Below, piece after piece: positions 1-8,459 of a DNA stretch of 64,000 bases. Where the stretch lies: contig DATGKM010000013.1 of NCBI GenBank assembly GCA_035294665.1, positions 31,406 through 95,405 on the forward strand, in the 5' to 3' direction. The DNA comes from Bryobacteraceae bacterium. Lineage in GTDB: Bacteria > Acidobacteriota > Terriglobia > Bryobacterales > Bryobacteraceae. The notes under the pieces are model-generated. The model had not been told where the DNA came from. It worked only from the letters and a program-made list of their open reading frames with translations, and ran no database searches. Both the position numbers and the translations under genes were made by a program. Position 1 is the stretch's first letter. Every line of letters begins with the position of its first letter.

Positions 1-2
1 GG

Positions 3-80
3 GCCAATATGGTGACGATTACCGCCTATGATGCGGCGGGAAACTTAGCGTGGAGAGCATTTACTGTAATGCGGAATTAG
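3..80 (+). CDS. 3' end of an ORF entering from upstream of the window (...VTITAYDAAGNLAWRAFTVMRN*)
   Basis: Open frame from position 3 to TAG at 78-80. It is absent from the supplied track because the 5' end is off-window. Too short to assign a function. Confidence 0.3.
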   Translation, partial: ANMVTITAYDAAGNLAWRAFTVMRN

Positions 81-157
81 GCCGCAAAGGCGGCAAAGAA
101 AAATTCACCTAGTACGCTGCAGGATTTTCAGACCTGCGCCGATATACGTACTAGAAC

Positions 158-976
158 ATGAAACCTGACTGCTCGGTAAAAAAGAGGCCCGTCGCACGAG
201 CGGTATCCGTCCAGGAAGCGCCGGCGATTGAGTTTCCCCGCACCAGCGAGGTCCCGGGAAGCGATTCGAGAGGCGCCGAAGAGGTACTGCTGGCATTGGC
301 GATGGCTGTGGAACAGCGCGACAACGTGACAGCCGGCCATTGCGAGCGGCTTGCCCTCACCAGTCTGGCCCTTGGCATGTCCATGTCCCTCGACGAAGGC
401 AGCCTGCAAACCCTGTATAGGGGCGGCTTCCTCCACGATATTGGAAAAGTCGGAATCCCGGATTCGATTCTGCTGAAACCGGCCCAACTCACGCCGGAGG
501 AGTGGGCCGTGATGCAGGAGCATCCCAATCGCGGCGCGCAGATCTGCGGCCACCTGACGGCGCTGGCTCCGGTTCTGCCGTTAATACGGCACCATCACGA
601 GAAGTGGGATGGCAGCGGATACCCGGACCGGCTGCGCGGGGAAGAGATTCCGCTCCTGGCCCGGGTGCTGCAGATCGCCGATATTTACGATGCGCTGACC
701 AATTCGCGGTGCTATAAGCCGGCCTACACCCCGAAGGAAGCTATTCGCATTCTCGAGGAGGAGACCGCCCGCGGCTGGCGCGATCCGGAAATTGTCAGCC
801 AGTTCCTGCGCATCCACAGTGAAGTGGTCAGCCCGCTCGTGGACTGCAGCCGCAAAGCCGATGGCAGCCTCGCGGCGTTGAATTCAGCGCTTCTGAATGT
901 GGAGCCGATCATGAAACCGGTAGCCAGCTTCTTTGTGAGCCGCAGTTTCCATTACCTTTCGGGGCCGGCAGCGTAG
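158..976 (+). CDS. HD-GYP domain protein (probable cyclic-di-GMP phosphodiesterase)
   Basis: Motifs HDIGKVGIP and HHHEKWDGSGYP. ATG at 158, TAG at 974-976. Confidence 0.8.
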   Translation: MKPDCSVKKRPVARAVSVQEAPAIEFPRTSEVPGSDSRGAEEVLLALAMAVEQRDNVTAGHCERLALTSLALGMSMSLDEGSLQTLYRGGFLHDIGKVGIPDSILLKPAQLTPEEWAVMQEHPNRGAQICGHLTALAPVLPLIRHHHEKWDGSGYPDRLRGEEIPLLARVLQIADIYDALTNSRCYKPAYTPKEAIRILEEETARGWRDPEIVSQFLRIHSEVVSPLVDCSRKADGSLAALNSALLNVEPIMKPVASFFVSRSFHYLSGPAA

Positions 977-1007
977 TATTTAAGTGGCGCCGGTTCGGAG
1001 ATAGCTG

Positions 1008-2393
1008 CTAGATCAGAGCAAACTGCTCTTCGGTGGGTTCCGCTCAACAGTACCAGGGTTCGGTCAGGTATGGAATGGCTGCGCGAGCGATTCGCGGCGA
1101 TTGCCAATTTGCCGGGCCGCAGCCGGCCAGTTCCCAAACACCTTGAAAGACCTCTTTGCGGGAGGCGCCAAGCCGCTCCCGGTGGTGCACCAAACGGTGG
1201 ACCGATTTCTGCAACTCGTCGATGGCGGGATCAGGATTGCTCCAGGGATAACTGAGAGCTTGCTGGTCGAAGGGCTGGACTATCTGGCCGATCTCCGGCA
1301 GATCGAGCAACAGAGAATGCCGCGGAATGAGCAGGCGGATCGAGAGTTGGACCGGTGCTATCTGCTCTTCCAGGCCCAGGGCGGCCAGTTCTTGCAGGAA
1401 GGCGCGGTAGGACTCCCACGTGGTCCAGGGTGTGAATGGAATGAAGGTCGGCGAAAGGGGCAGGCCGGCGGCGCGGGTGATAGCGAGCGCCTCGCGGAAA
1501 TCCGCGCAGGTGTGGCCCTTGGCCAGTTTTTCGAGGACCGCGTCGTCGAAGGATTCGACCGCGCTGGTTATGAAGAGGCAGTTAGTGTTTTTGAGGGTGG
1601 GAAGCAGAGAGCGGTGGCGCAGCAGGTGCTCGATTTTGATGGTGGCATCATAGGTCAGCTTCGGCCACTCGGCGTGCAGGGCTTCCACCAGGGCCACGGC
1701 GTGTCCCGGTCCGTTGAAGAAATCGGGGTCGCCGAATGTAATATGTTCCGCGCCGGCGGCCACCTGGCGGCGGATGTCTTCGAGCACGGTTTCCCGCTGC
1801 ACCACGCGAAAGCGGCCGCCATAGACCGGGACCACGGGGCAGTGCCGGCACAGGTGCTTGCAGCCGCGGCTGGCTTCGGTATAGCCGCTGACGCGCAACT
1901 CAGAGCTATTCAGAGCTACGCGCGCATACCTATCGAGAGATGGGAGCCCCGAGCGATCCGGAGGGAGGAACTTCTGGCGGGCTAAGGAAACCACTGAGAC
2001 ATCGAATGGCCAATGGGGATGCGATAAACGCCGCGCCAGTTCCGTAAGCGGCTGTTCGAACTCGCCGCCCAGAACGGTGGCGACTCCCGCGCCGTGGAGG
2101 AACGATTCGTTGAGCGGCGCATAGAGACCGAAGGCGCACAGGTGCGCCTGCGGGTTGTGCGCGCGGACTTTTTCCACTACTGGGACCAAAAGGCGCGTGG
2201 CGGTGTGCATGGGAAGGAAGAAGCCGATCAGATCCGCGCTCTCGACCGCATCGAGCGGCAGCGGCGCTCGCGAAAGGTCGGCAAGCGTCACCTCGTGCCC
2301 GGCTGCGCGCAGCCAGGCCGCGGGAGAAGCGAGTCCAAACGGCTGGCGGCCCATCTCATATGTGGAGATCAAAAGGACGCGCACTGCTTCCAT
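1008..2393 (-). CDS. B12-binding-domain radical SAM protein with a C-U-A-E-P tail; probable selenoprotein (TGA 1044-1046 read as Sec)
   Basis: Radical SAM cluster motif CKHLCRHC. I chose the start at MEAVRVLLISTYEMG (ATG 2391-2393). The track ORF stops at TGA 1044-1046, but the frame continues as AEPTEEQFALI to TAG 1008-1010. Confidence 0.65.
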
Positions 2394-2439
2394 TATGACT
2401 GGTCTGTTAAAATAAGAGCGATTTTCCTCTCCCCCGAAC

Positions 2440-3369
2440 ATGCTTGCCGCCACCAGTATTGCCGAAGAGATTCTGGATTTGAAGAAGCAGCGCAAAGCGA
2501 TCCTGCTGGCGCACCACTATCAGCAGCCGGAGATCCAGGAACTGGCTGACGTGATTGGCGACAGTCTGGAGCTCGCGCGGAAAGCGCGGGAGTTCGCGGG
2601 CGACGTGATCGCGTTTTGCGGCGTGTGGTTCATGGCCGAAACGGCCAAGGTGCTCAACCCGGAGCGGATTGTGGTGGTGCCGGATCGCGAAGCAAGCTGC
2701 AGCCTGGTCGAGGGCTGCCCCGTCGAGCCGGTGCGCGCTTTTCGCCAGGCGAACCCCGGTCACATAATCGTGAGCTATATCAACACTTCGATAGAAGTGA
2801 AAGCCGAGAGCGACATTCTGTGCACTTCCCGCAATGCGGTAAAGGTAGTGAATTCGATTCCCGCGGAGAAGCCCATCCTGTTTCTACCCGACCGCAACCT
2901 GGGCAACTACGTGAAGCGGGAAACGGGGCGCGCGAATATGGAGATCTGGCAGGGCGCCTGCATGGTGCATGCCACTTTTCCGGCGCGGCGGGTGACGGAA
3001 GCGAAGCTGGAACATCCGGACGCGCTGGTGGTGGCGCATCCGGAATGCCCGGAAGCCGTGCTGGCAATGGCCGATTTCATAGGCTCTACTTCGGCGATCA
3101 TCGAATGGTGCGCCCGAAGCGATGCCTCCGAGTTCATCGTGATGACCGAAAGCGGGGTGAATTACTCTCTGCAGCGGCTGGCGCCGGGCAAGCGCTTTTA
3201 TTACGTGGCCAACGAGAACTGCAACTGCAGCGAATGCCCGTATATGAAGCTGAACACTTTGGAGAAGCTGCGGGACTGCCTCATCAACCTGGAGCCGAGG
3301 GTGGAACTCGCGCCCGATTTGATGCGCCGCGCGCTCGTGCCGCTCGAGCGCATGCTGGCCCTGAAATGA
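2440..3369 (+). CDS. nadA: quinolinate synthase
   Basis: LLAHHYQ..EIQ..AD.IGDSLELA and FCGVWFMAETAK are typical NadA sequences. 309 aa. Confidence 0.9.
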   Translation: MLAATSIAEEILDLKKQRKAILLAHHYQQPEIQELADVIGDSLELARKAREFAGDVIAFCGVWFMAETAKVLNPERIVVVPDREASCSLVEGCPVEPVRAFRQANPGHIIVSYINTSIEVKAESDILCTSRNAVKVVNSIPAEKPILFLPDRNLGNYVKRETGRANMEIWQGACMVHATFPARRVTEAKLEHPDALVVAHPECPEAVLAMADFIGSTSAIIEWCARSDASEFIVMTESGVNYSLQRLAPGKRFYYVANENCNCSECPYMKLNTLEKLRDCLINLEPRVELAPDLMRRALVPLERMLALK

Positions 3370-4400
3370 GCGTTGGAATGAATGACCAGGTGGAGGAAAC
3401 GCCGCAAATCGGCCCACTGATCGATTCCTTCGGCCGGGTACATGACAATCTGCGCATCAGCGTTACCGACCGGTGCAACATTCGCTGTTTCTACTGTATG
3501 CCGGAGGCGGACGTGCAGTTCGTCGACCGCCGCGAAATCCTGGATTTCGAGGAGATCGAGCGGTTTGTGCGCATTGCCGTGAAGCTCGGCATTCGCAAAG
3601 TGCGGATTACGGGTGGCGAGCCGCTGGTACGGCGCGATTTGCCGGTGCTCATCCGCAGGCTGACGGAGATTCCGGAGATCCGCGATCTGGCGCTGACGAC
3701 TAATGGCGTGCTGCTGCCCAAGATGGCGGAGCCGCTGTTCGCAGCGGGGCTGCGGCGAATCAACGTGCATCTGGATACGCTCGATCGCGAACGGTTCCGG
3801 CGGATTACGCGGCGCGACGAGGTCGACAAGGTGCTGGAAGGCCTGGCGCTGTGCAAAAAGTTGGGTTACGCGAAAATCAAGCTCAACGCGGTGGCCGTGA
3901 AGAACCTGGTGGAGCCGGACATTGTGCCGCTGGCCCGGTTTGCGCGCGAGAACGGTTTTGAGGTGCGCTACATCGAATTTATGCCACTCGATGCGCAGAA
4001 CTTGTGGGACCGGAGTAAGGTGCTGCTGGCGGACGACATGATTGCGGTGCTGAGCCGCGAGATTGCGCCGCTGGTTCCGGTGCCCGATCCCGATCCGCGC
4101 GCGCCGGCAACGGAATACCGGTTTGCCGATGGAGTGGGCGCGGTGGGATTCATCGCTTCGGTGAGCCGGCCGTTCTGCTTGAACTGCAACCGGCTGCGGC
4201 TCACGGCGGATGGCAAGCTGCGGTATTGCCTGTTCGCCATTGAAGAAGATGACGTGAAGATGCTGTTGCGAAACGGTGCGCCGGATGAAGAGATCGCGTC
4301 GCTGATCCGCCGCAACGTGGCCGGGAAGTGGATCGGGCATGAGATCAACACACCTAAATTCGTCGCCCCGCCGCGGCCGATGTACTCGATTGGCGGATAA
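3366..4400 (+). CDS. moaA: GTP 3',8-cyclase (molybdenum cofactor biosynthesis protein A)
   Basis: CNIRCFYCMP radical SAM motif and a MoaA-like C-terminus (FCLNCNRLRLTADGKLRYCLF). ATG 3366 overlaps the nadA TGA (ATGA). The 594-aa track ORF is an N-terminal over-extension of this frame. Confidence 0.9.
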   Translation: MSVGMNDQVEETPQIGPLIDSFGRVHDNLRISVTDRCNIRCFYCMPEADVQFVDRREILDFEEIERFVRIAVKLGIRKVRITGGEPLVRRDLPVLIRRLTEIPEIRDLALTTNGVLLPKMAEPLFAAGLRRINVHLDTLDRERFRRITRRDEVDKVLEGLALCKKLGYAKIKLNAVAVKNLVEPDIVPLARFARENGFEVRYIEFMPLDAQNLWDRSKVLLADDMIAVLSREIAPLVPVPDPDPRAPATEYRFADGVGAVGFIASVSRPFCLNCNRLRLTADGKLRYCLFAIEEDDVKMLLRNGAPDEEIASLIRRNVAGKWIGHEINTPKFVAPPRPMYSIGG

Positions 4401-4440
4401 GGCTTTTTGCAAGCGGATAACGCCTTTTTGTAAAGCATGG

Positions 4441-4776
4441 TTTAAGCTATAATGTGGCAGTGGAGCCGGGAACGGCTAATTCCTGGCCCCACACGGTGTT
4501 AGCGCCGGGACTTTTTAGTCCAGACGATCAGCGCCGTAAGCCGGCCGAAAAAATACGACCGGAGCTTTACCAGCAGAAGGATCATAGCTGGATCCTCCTT
4601 TCCAGCTTCGAGTGGAAGGCCCGGGCGACTCCCCGGGCTTTCCTATATGAAGCTCCGAACGCGTTATTGGCAACGCGCCTCCACACAGGAACCAGCCCAT
4701 TCCACGGTCCACCGGAAAAGGAGTAGTGGGAGCAAGCCTGGAGGAATTGCGGAAGTTTCTGCGGGCCTCAACAGAT
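4441..4776. other. Hairpin-dense spacer between convergent genes; candidate unclassified small RNA
   Basis: TATAAT at 4448-4453. 12-bp perfect-pairing stem 4614-4625/4632-4643. Further hairpins at 4466-4486, 4508-4521 and 4660-4677. No convincing protein-like ORF. Confidence 0.25.
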
Positions 4777-5904
4777 TTAGGAGCGTTTGTAGGCCGGGAA
4801 GATCACTTGCTGGATGGCTTCGCGTCCGACGGCCAACTCGCTACGAATCAGGCCATCGGCGCCCACGAGGACGGCGGTAGGTGTGGCGATGCAATCGTAT
4901 GCCTCGCCGATTTCGAACTCTCGCTGTAGCAGAATCCGCGAGGCATCGAATTCCTTCATTTTGAGTAGCAGATCGCGCGCCGGTCCGCGGCTGATCACGA
5001 CGATATTCAGAACCCCCGCGAATTCGCGCGACCAGCGGAGGAGGCTGGGAACCAGCGCGTGGCAGGACTCGCAGTAAGGGTTTGAGAATACGAGCAGGAC
5101 ATCCTTGCCCTGCTCCCGGAGGGTTCGCAGCGACCGCGTCCCGCCGGCGATTGCCGGAAGCTCGAATTCGGGGGCTCGCGTTCCAACGGGCAAGCCGATG
5201 CCCTTGGGGCTGGGCCTCGGCGGTGCGGGAGGAGCCGCCTGGACGGGGCGCCGCACCGGCGCCGGATGTTGCGCGGGTTTGGAAGGTGGCGCGGCGCGTT
5301 GCGCGGGGATATCCGCCGGGGGCGATTCCGTATCCTCGCCGTCACTGGCGGCGGGGAGCGGCGCTTCGCGGGTCTGGCGTTCCGGCCGGGCCCGGTCGAG
5401 CAGCCGGAAAAACAGGAAACCGGCCATGCCGGTCGCAATCAGAGCCGTCTTCTTTTCCTGGCCGTGCAAACCGGAGATCCATATCCAAAAACCTGGTCCC
5501 AAACGTAAGGGGCCTCGCGATACCAGCCACGCCGCGCACGCCGCCAGCCCGGCATCGCGCGACAATGCCGTCCAACCCACCGGTTTGGCGTGCAACTGAC
5601 CGAAACAACGGCAGGCTGGTTTGCGCCCGCGCAGGATCGAAATGCCGAGAGCCAGCAAAAACAAAATCAGCAGTGCGAGAGCGGCAGATGCGCCATACCA
5701 GGCGAGACCCGCGGGGACCAGCGCCGCGCCAACCAGCAATTCCACCAGTGGCAGCAGAACGATTGCGAATTTTGCCAATATTAGCGGCACGCCGAATTCG
5801 CGCAGGGTTTTGCGGAATCCCAGGGGATCTAAAAACTTGGCGGCCGCGGCCAGGAGGAATACGAAAGCCAGAAGAAGCCGGGCAGCTAGCAGGGCAAACT
5901 GCAC
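4777..5904 (-). CDS. MauE/DoxX-like membrane domain fused to a TlpA-like thioredoxin-fold domain
   Basis: N-terminal multi-TM region, a Pro/Ala-rich linker, then C-terminal VLLVFSNPYCESCH (CxxC). GTG start at 5904. Confidence 0.7.
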   Translation of the reverse strand: MQFALLAARLLLAFVFLLAAAAKFLDPLGFRKTLREFGVPLILAKFAIVLLPLVELLVGAALVPAGLAWYGASAALALLILFLLALGISILRGRKPACRCFGQLHAKPVGWTALSRDAGLAACAAWLVSRGPLRLGPGFWIWISGLHGQEKKTALIATGMAGFLFFRLLDRARPERQTREAPLPAASDGEDTESPPADIPAQRAAPPSKPAQHPAPVRRPVQAAPPAPPRPSPKGIGLPVGTRAPEFELPAIAGGTRSLRTLREQGKDVLLVFSNPYCESCHALVPSLLRWSREFAGVLNIVVISRGPARDLLLKMKEFDASRILLQREFEIGEAYDCIATPTAVLVGADGLIRSELAVGREAIQQVIFPAYKRS

Positions 5905-6380
5905 TCCATCAGTTTAATCAGTTCCGGGTGGGTGATTCGGATGGTAGCCGATTTCAGCCGTGCCGCCGCTGCCGCTCGCGAAGCAACAGGCTTACTGCTT
6001 CCCGGTTTTGTGCGGGTTCTTTTTCGTACGGAGACCAGCAAGCCGGAGATGCTGGCAGTGAATTGATCCCAGGTTTGCACCATGTCGAGGACGCGTTGAC
6101 GCCCGCTCTTGGTGAGCCAGTAATATTTTCTCGGATGGCCCACATCGGCTTCGACCCAAGCGCTTTGCAGGAGGCCTTCCTGTTTGAGTCTCATCAATAT
6201 CGGGTAGAGTGTCCCCTCGCCAATATCCAGCCTGGCGCTCTCACCGATGCGCTTCAGGATTTCCAGACCGTATAATTTTTCATTCCATATCGCGGCCAAT
6301 ATGGCCAACTCCAGGCAGCCCCTTCTGAGTTGTGCCTCCCAACGTTCATCATGCGTCCGGCCATTATTAGGCAAGCTCAT
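5886..6380 (-). CDS. PadR family transcriptional regulator
   Basis: LELAILAAIWNEKLYGLEILKRI...GTLYPILMRLKQEGLL winged-helix signature. ATG 6378-6380. The track ORF is N-terminally over-extended. Confidence 0.8.
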   Translation of the reverse strand: MSLPNNGRTHDERWEAQLRRGCLELAILAAIWNEKLYGLEILKRIGESARLDIGEGTLYPILMRLKQEGLLQSAWVEADVGHPRKYYWLTKSGRQRVLDMVQTWDQFTASISGLLVSVRKRTRTKPGSSKPVASRAAAAARLKSATIRITHPELIKLMECSLPC

Positions 6381-6399
6381 TGGATTGTCGTGAAGAATA

Positions 6400-7299
6400 T
6401 TATGCCGTGCCAAGTTTCGCCAGTTGCCGCCACTCGCGCATCGGCAGCCCGCGCGGGTCCTCCGGCAGCACCTGCACGCACACGTGGTCCGCTCCCGCCG
6501 CGTGATGCGCCCGGATACGCTCCCCAATGCAGGCCGCATCCCCCCAGGCGACAATCGCATCGATCAGCCGGTCGCTGCCCCCGCCCGCGAAATCCTCCTG
6601 GGTAAATCCCAGCCGCAGAAAATTGTTGGTGTAGTTCGGCAGCGTCAGATACAGCGCCAGGAATGCCCGCCCGATCGCCCGCGCCTTGGCCGCATCGGTC
6701 TCGAAAATCACGGCCTGTTCGGGGCACAAATATTTTCCCGGTCCCAGGATCGCCCGCGCCTGCGCGGTGTGTTCCGGCGTCACGTTATATGGATGCGCTC
6801 CATCGGCCCGCTCCGCCGCCAGCTTCAGCATCTGCGGCCCCAGCGCCGCCAGCACTCTGGGCGGCCGTGTGGCGGGTCGAACCGCGCGATATGGCGCCCC
6901 ATCCATCGCCTCCAGGTACGCCCGCATCGTAGCCACGGGCTTCTCGTACCGGTGCCCGCGCGACTCCACCAGCGGCACATGACTCACGCCCAGCCCCAGC
7001 AGGAACCGCCCCGGATACGCCTCCGCCAGCGTCGATTGGCCGCCCGCCATCGCCATGGGGTCGCGCACATAGATATTGGCGACCCCCGTGGCGATCACGA
7101 TCTTCCTGGTCGCCGCCAGCAGCAGCCCGGCGTGGGTCAGAGCCTCGCGCCCGAAGGCCTCGCCGAACCAGATCGCCCCGAAGCCGAGCTCTTCCAACTG
7201 AGCCGCCGTCTCCTGGGCCTTCGCCGCCGGATAATCTTCAAACTGGTGCGTCCAGATTCCCAGGCGTCCTAACGATATCGGCAAGTCGGTCATGCCCAC
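6400..7299 (-). CDS. LLM-class (luciferase-like) F420/flavin-dependent oxidoreductase
   Basis: LGIWT...ELGFGAIWFGEAFGREA...GLGVSH pattern of luciferase-like monooxygenase family proteins. GTG 7299 or ATG 7293. Confidence 0.7.
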   Translation of the reverse strand: MGMTDLPISLGRLGIWTHQFEDYPAAKAQETAAQLEELGFGAIWFGEAFGREALTHAGLLLAATRKIVIATGVANIYVRDPMAMAGGQSTLAEAYPGRFLLGLGVSHVPLVESRGHRYEKPVATMRAYLEAMDGAPYRAVRPATRPPRVLAALGPQMLKLAAERADGAHPYNVTPEHTAQARAILGPGKYLCPEQAVIFETDAAKARAIGRAFLALYLTLPNYTNNFLRLGFTQEDFAGGGSDRLIDAIVAWGDAACIGERIRAHHAAGADHVCVQVLPEDPRGLPMREWRQLAKLGTA

Positions 7300-7300
7300 C

Positions 7301-8314
7301 TCACGTGTGATCGAGAATAATTTTCAGCCGCCCATCCGCCCCGTCTTCCACCATGCCGATGGCGGACTCCAGTTCTCCCAAAGGCATCCGGTGCGTCACC
7401 AGCGGTTCCAGCCGAACCGCCCCGCGCTCCACCAGACCGAGCATTTCCGGAAAATCCTCAGCCTTCGCCGCCCGCCCGTTACGCACCGTCAGTTCCTTGA
7501 AATAAAGGTCGTAGAAGGGCAGGGCGCCTTCCCGGGCGCTGATGATGCCGAACAGCAGCAGTTGCCCGCCGAAGCGCGCCATGCGGATAGCCTCCGCCAC
7601 CGCCGGCATTACGCCCGTGGATTCGATGACCACATCCGCGCCGCGCCCGCCGGTTGCCTCCAGCACCTTCGCCACCGCGCCTTCGCCCGATTCAATGGCG
7701 AGATCGGCGCCCAGCGCGCGCGCCATCTCGCGTTTGAACGGGCCGCGGCTCACGCCGATGACCAGCCCTGCCCCGCGCGCCCTGGCGATCTGCACGTGCA
7801 ATTGGCCGGAGACCCCCAGCCCCAGCACCACCACCGATTCCCCCGCGAACAGCGGCGTTCGCCGCTGGCCGTGCAGACACGTGGCCGCCACCTGCACCAG
7901 CGGCGCAGTCCGCAGATCGATCGCATCGGGCAACCGGAACGCGTGAGTGGCAGGCGCCACCACGTATTCCGCAAAGCCGCCGTCCGAATCGCGCCCGATC
8001 AGCTTGCCGTTGGAGCACAGATTCGTTTGCGCTTTGCGGCAGTGAAAACAGCGCCCGCAAAACAACACCGGATCGACGATCACGCGGTCCCCGCGGGCCA
8101 ACCCGCTCGCCCCGCTCTCCACCACTTCGCCCGCGACCTCGTGTCCCATCACCAGCGGGCACTCGACGCGAATCGCCCCATTGTAAATTTTCAGATCGGT
8201 GCCGCACACCCCAGTGTGGGTCACGCGCACCAGCGCTTCGCCCGCCCGCGCCACCGGACGCGCCATCTCTTCACGCCCCATCTGTCCGGGCGATCGCAGC
8301 ACCATGGCTTGCAT
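7301..8314 (-). CDS. zinc-dependent alcohol/polyol dehydrogenase (MDR family)
   Basis: GHEVAGEVVE catalytic-zinc motif, CGRCFHCRKAQTNLC structural-zinc motif, GLGVSG Rossmann motif. Confidence 0.85.
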   Translation of the reverse strand: MQAMVLRSPGQMGREEMARPVARAGEALVRVTHTGVCGTDLKIYNGAIRVECPLVMGHEVAGEVVESGASGLARGDRVIVDPVLFCGRCFHCRKAQTNLCSNGKLIGRDSDGGFAEYVVAPATHAFRLPDAIDLRTAPLVQVAATCLHGQRRTPLFAGESVVVLGLGVSGQLHVQIARARGAGLVIGVSRGPFKREMARALGADLAIESGEGAVAKVLEATGGRGADVVIESTGVMPAVAEAIRMARFGGQLLLFGIISAREGALPFYDLYFKELTVRNGRAAKAEDFPEMLGLVERGAVRLEPLVTHRMPLGELESAIGMVEDGADGRLKIILDHT

Positions 8315-8459
8315 AAAGGTGCCGGTTTATCCGCGCCCGCGCCCCATAGCGCGGGAAACAATGTCCTCTGTCATGGTTATCTAACGGAATTTTCTAGTAG
8401 ACTTCAATCATATATCGTGGCGCGCCGTTCACCGCCGCTGTGCGCGCTGGCTAACAAAC

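Noticed and set aside
81-108. Terminator after the partial upstream ORF (GCCGC-AAAG-GCGGC)
   Set aside because: The 5-bp stem is followed by an A-rich tract rather than a U-rich one on the relevant strand, so it is not a convincing intrinsic terminator.
2616-3365. N-terminal 250 codons of the 594-aa track ORF in the moaA frame
   Set aside because: This part overlaps nadA in another frame and is Arg/Gly-rich. MoaA homology begins at the ATG at 3366, which overlaps the nadA stop.
4441-4776. RNase P RNA, tmRNA, SRP RNA or tRNA-Sec in the long convergent spacer
   Set aside because: The RNase P-like strings occur in the right order but are compressed into about 110 nt and lack the conserved bulged U and the other conserved regions. 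The tmRNA idea fails because there is no G3:U70 acceptor pair, no tag ORF and the region is too short. The SRP domain IV motif (GGAA/AGCA loops) is not present. The only UCA-containing loop (CUUCAUA) lacks a supporting stem and A37. The spacer is kept only as an unclassified candidate.
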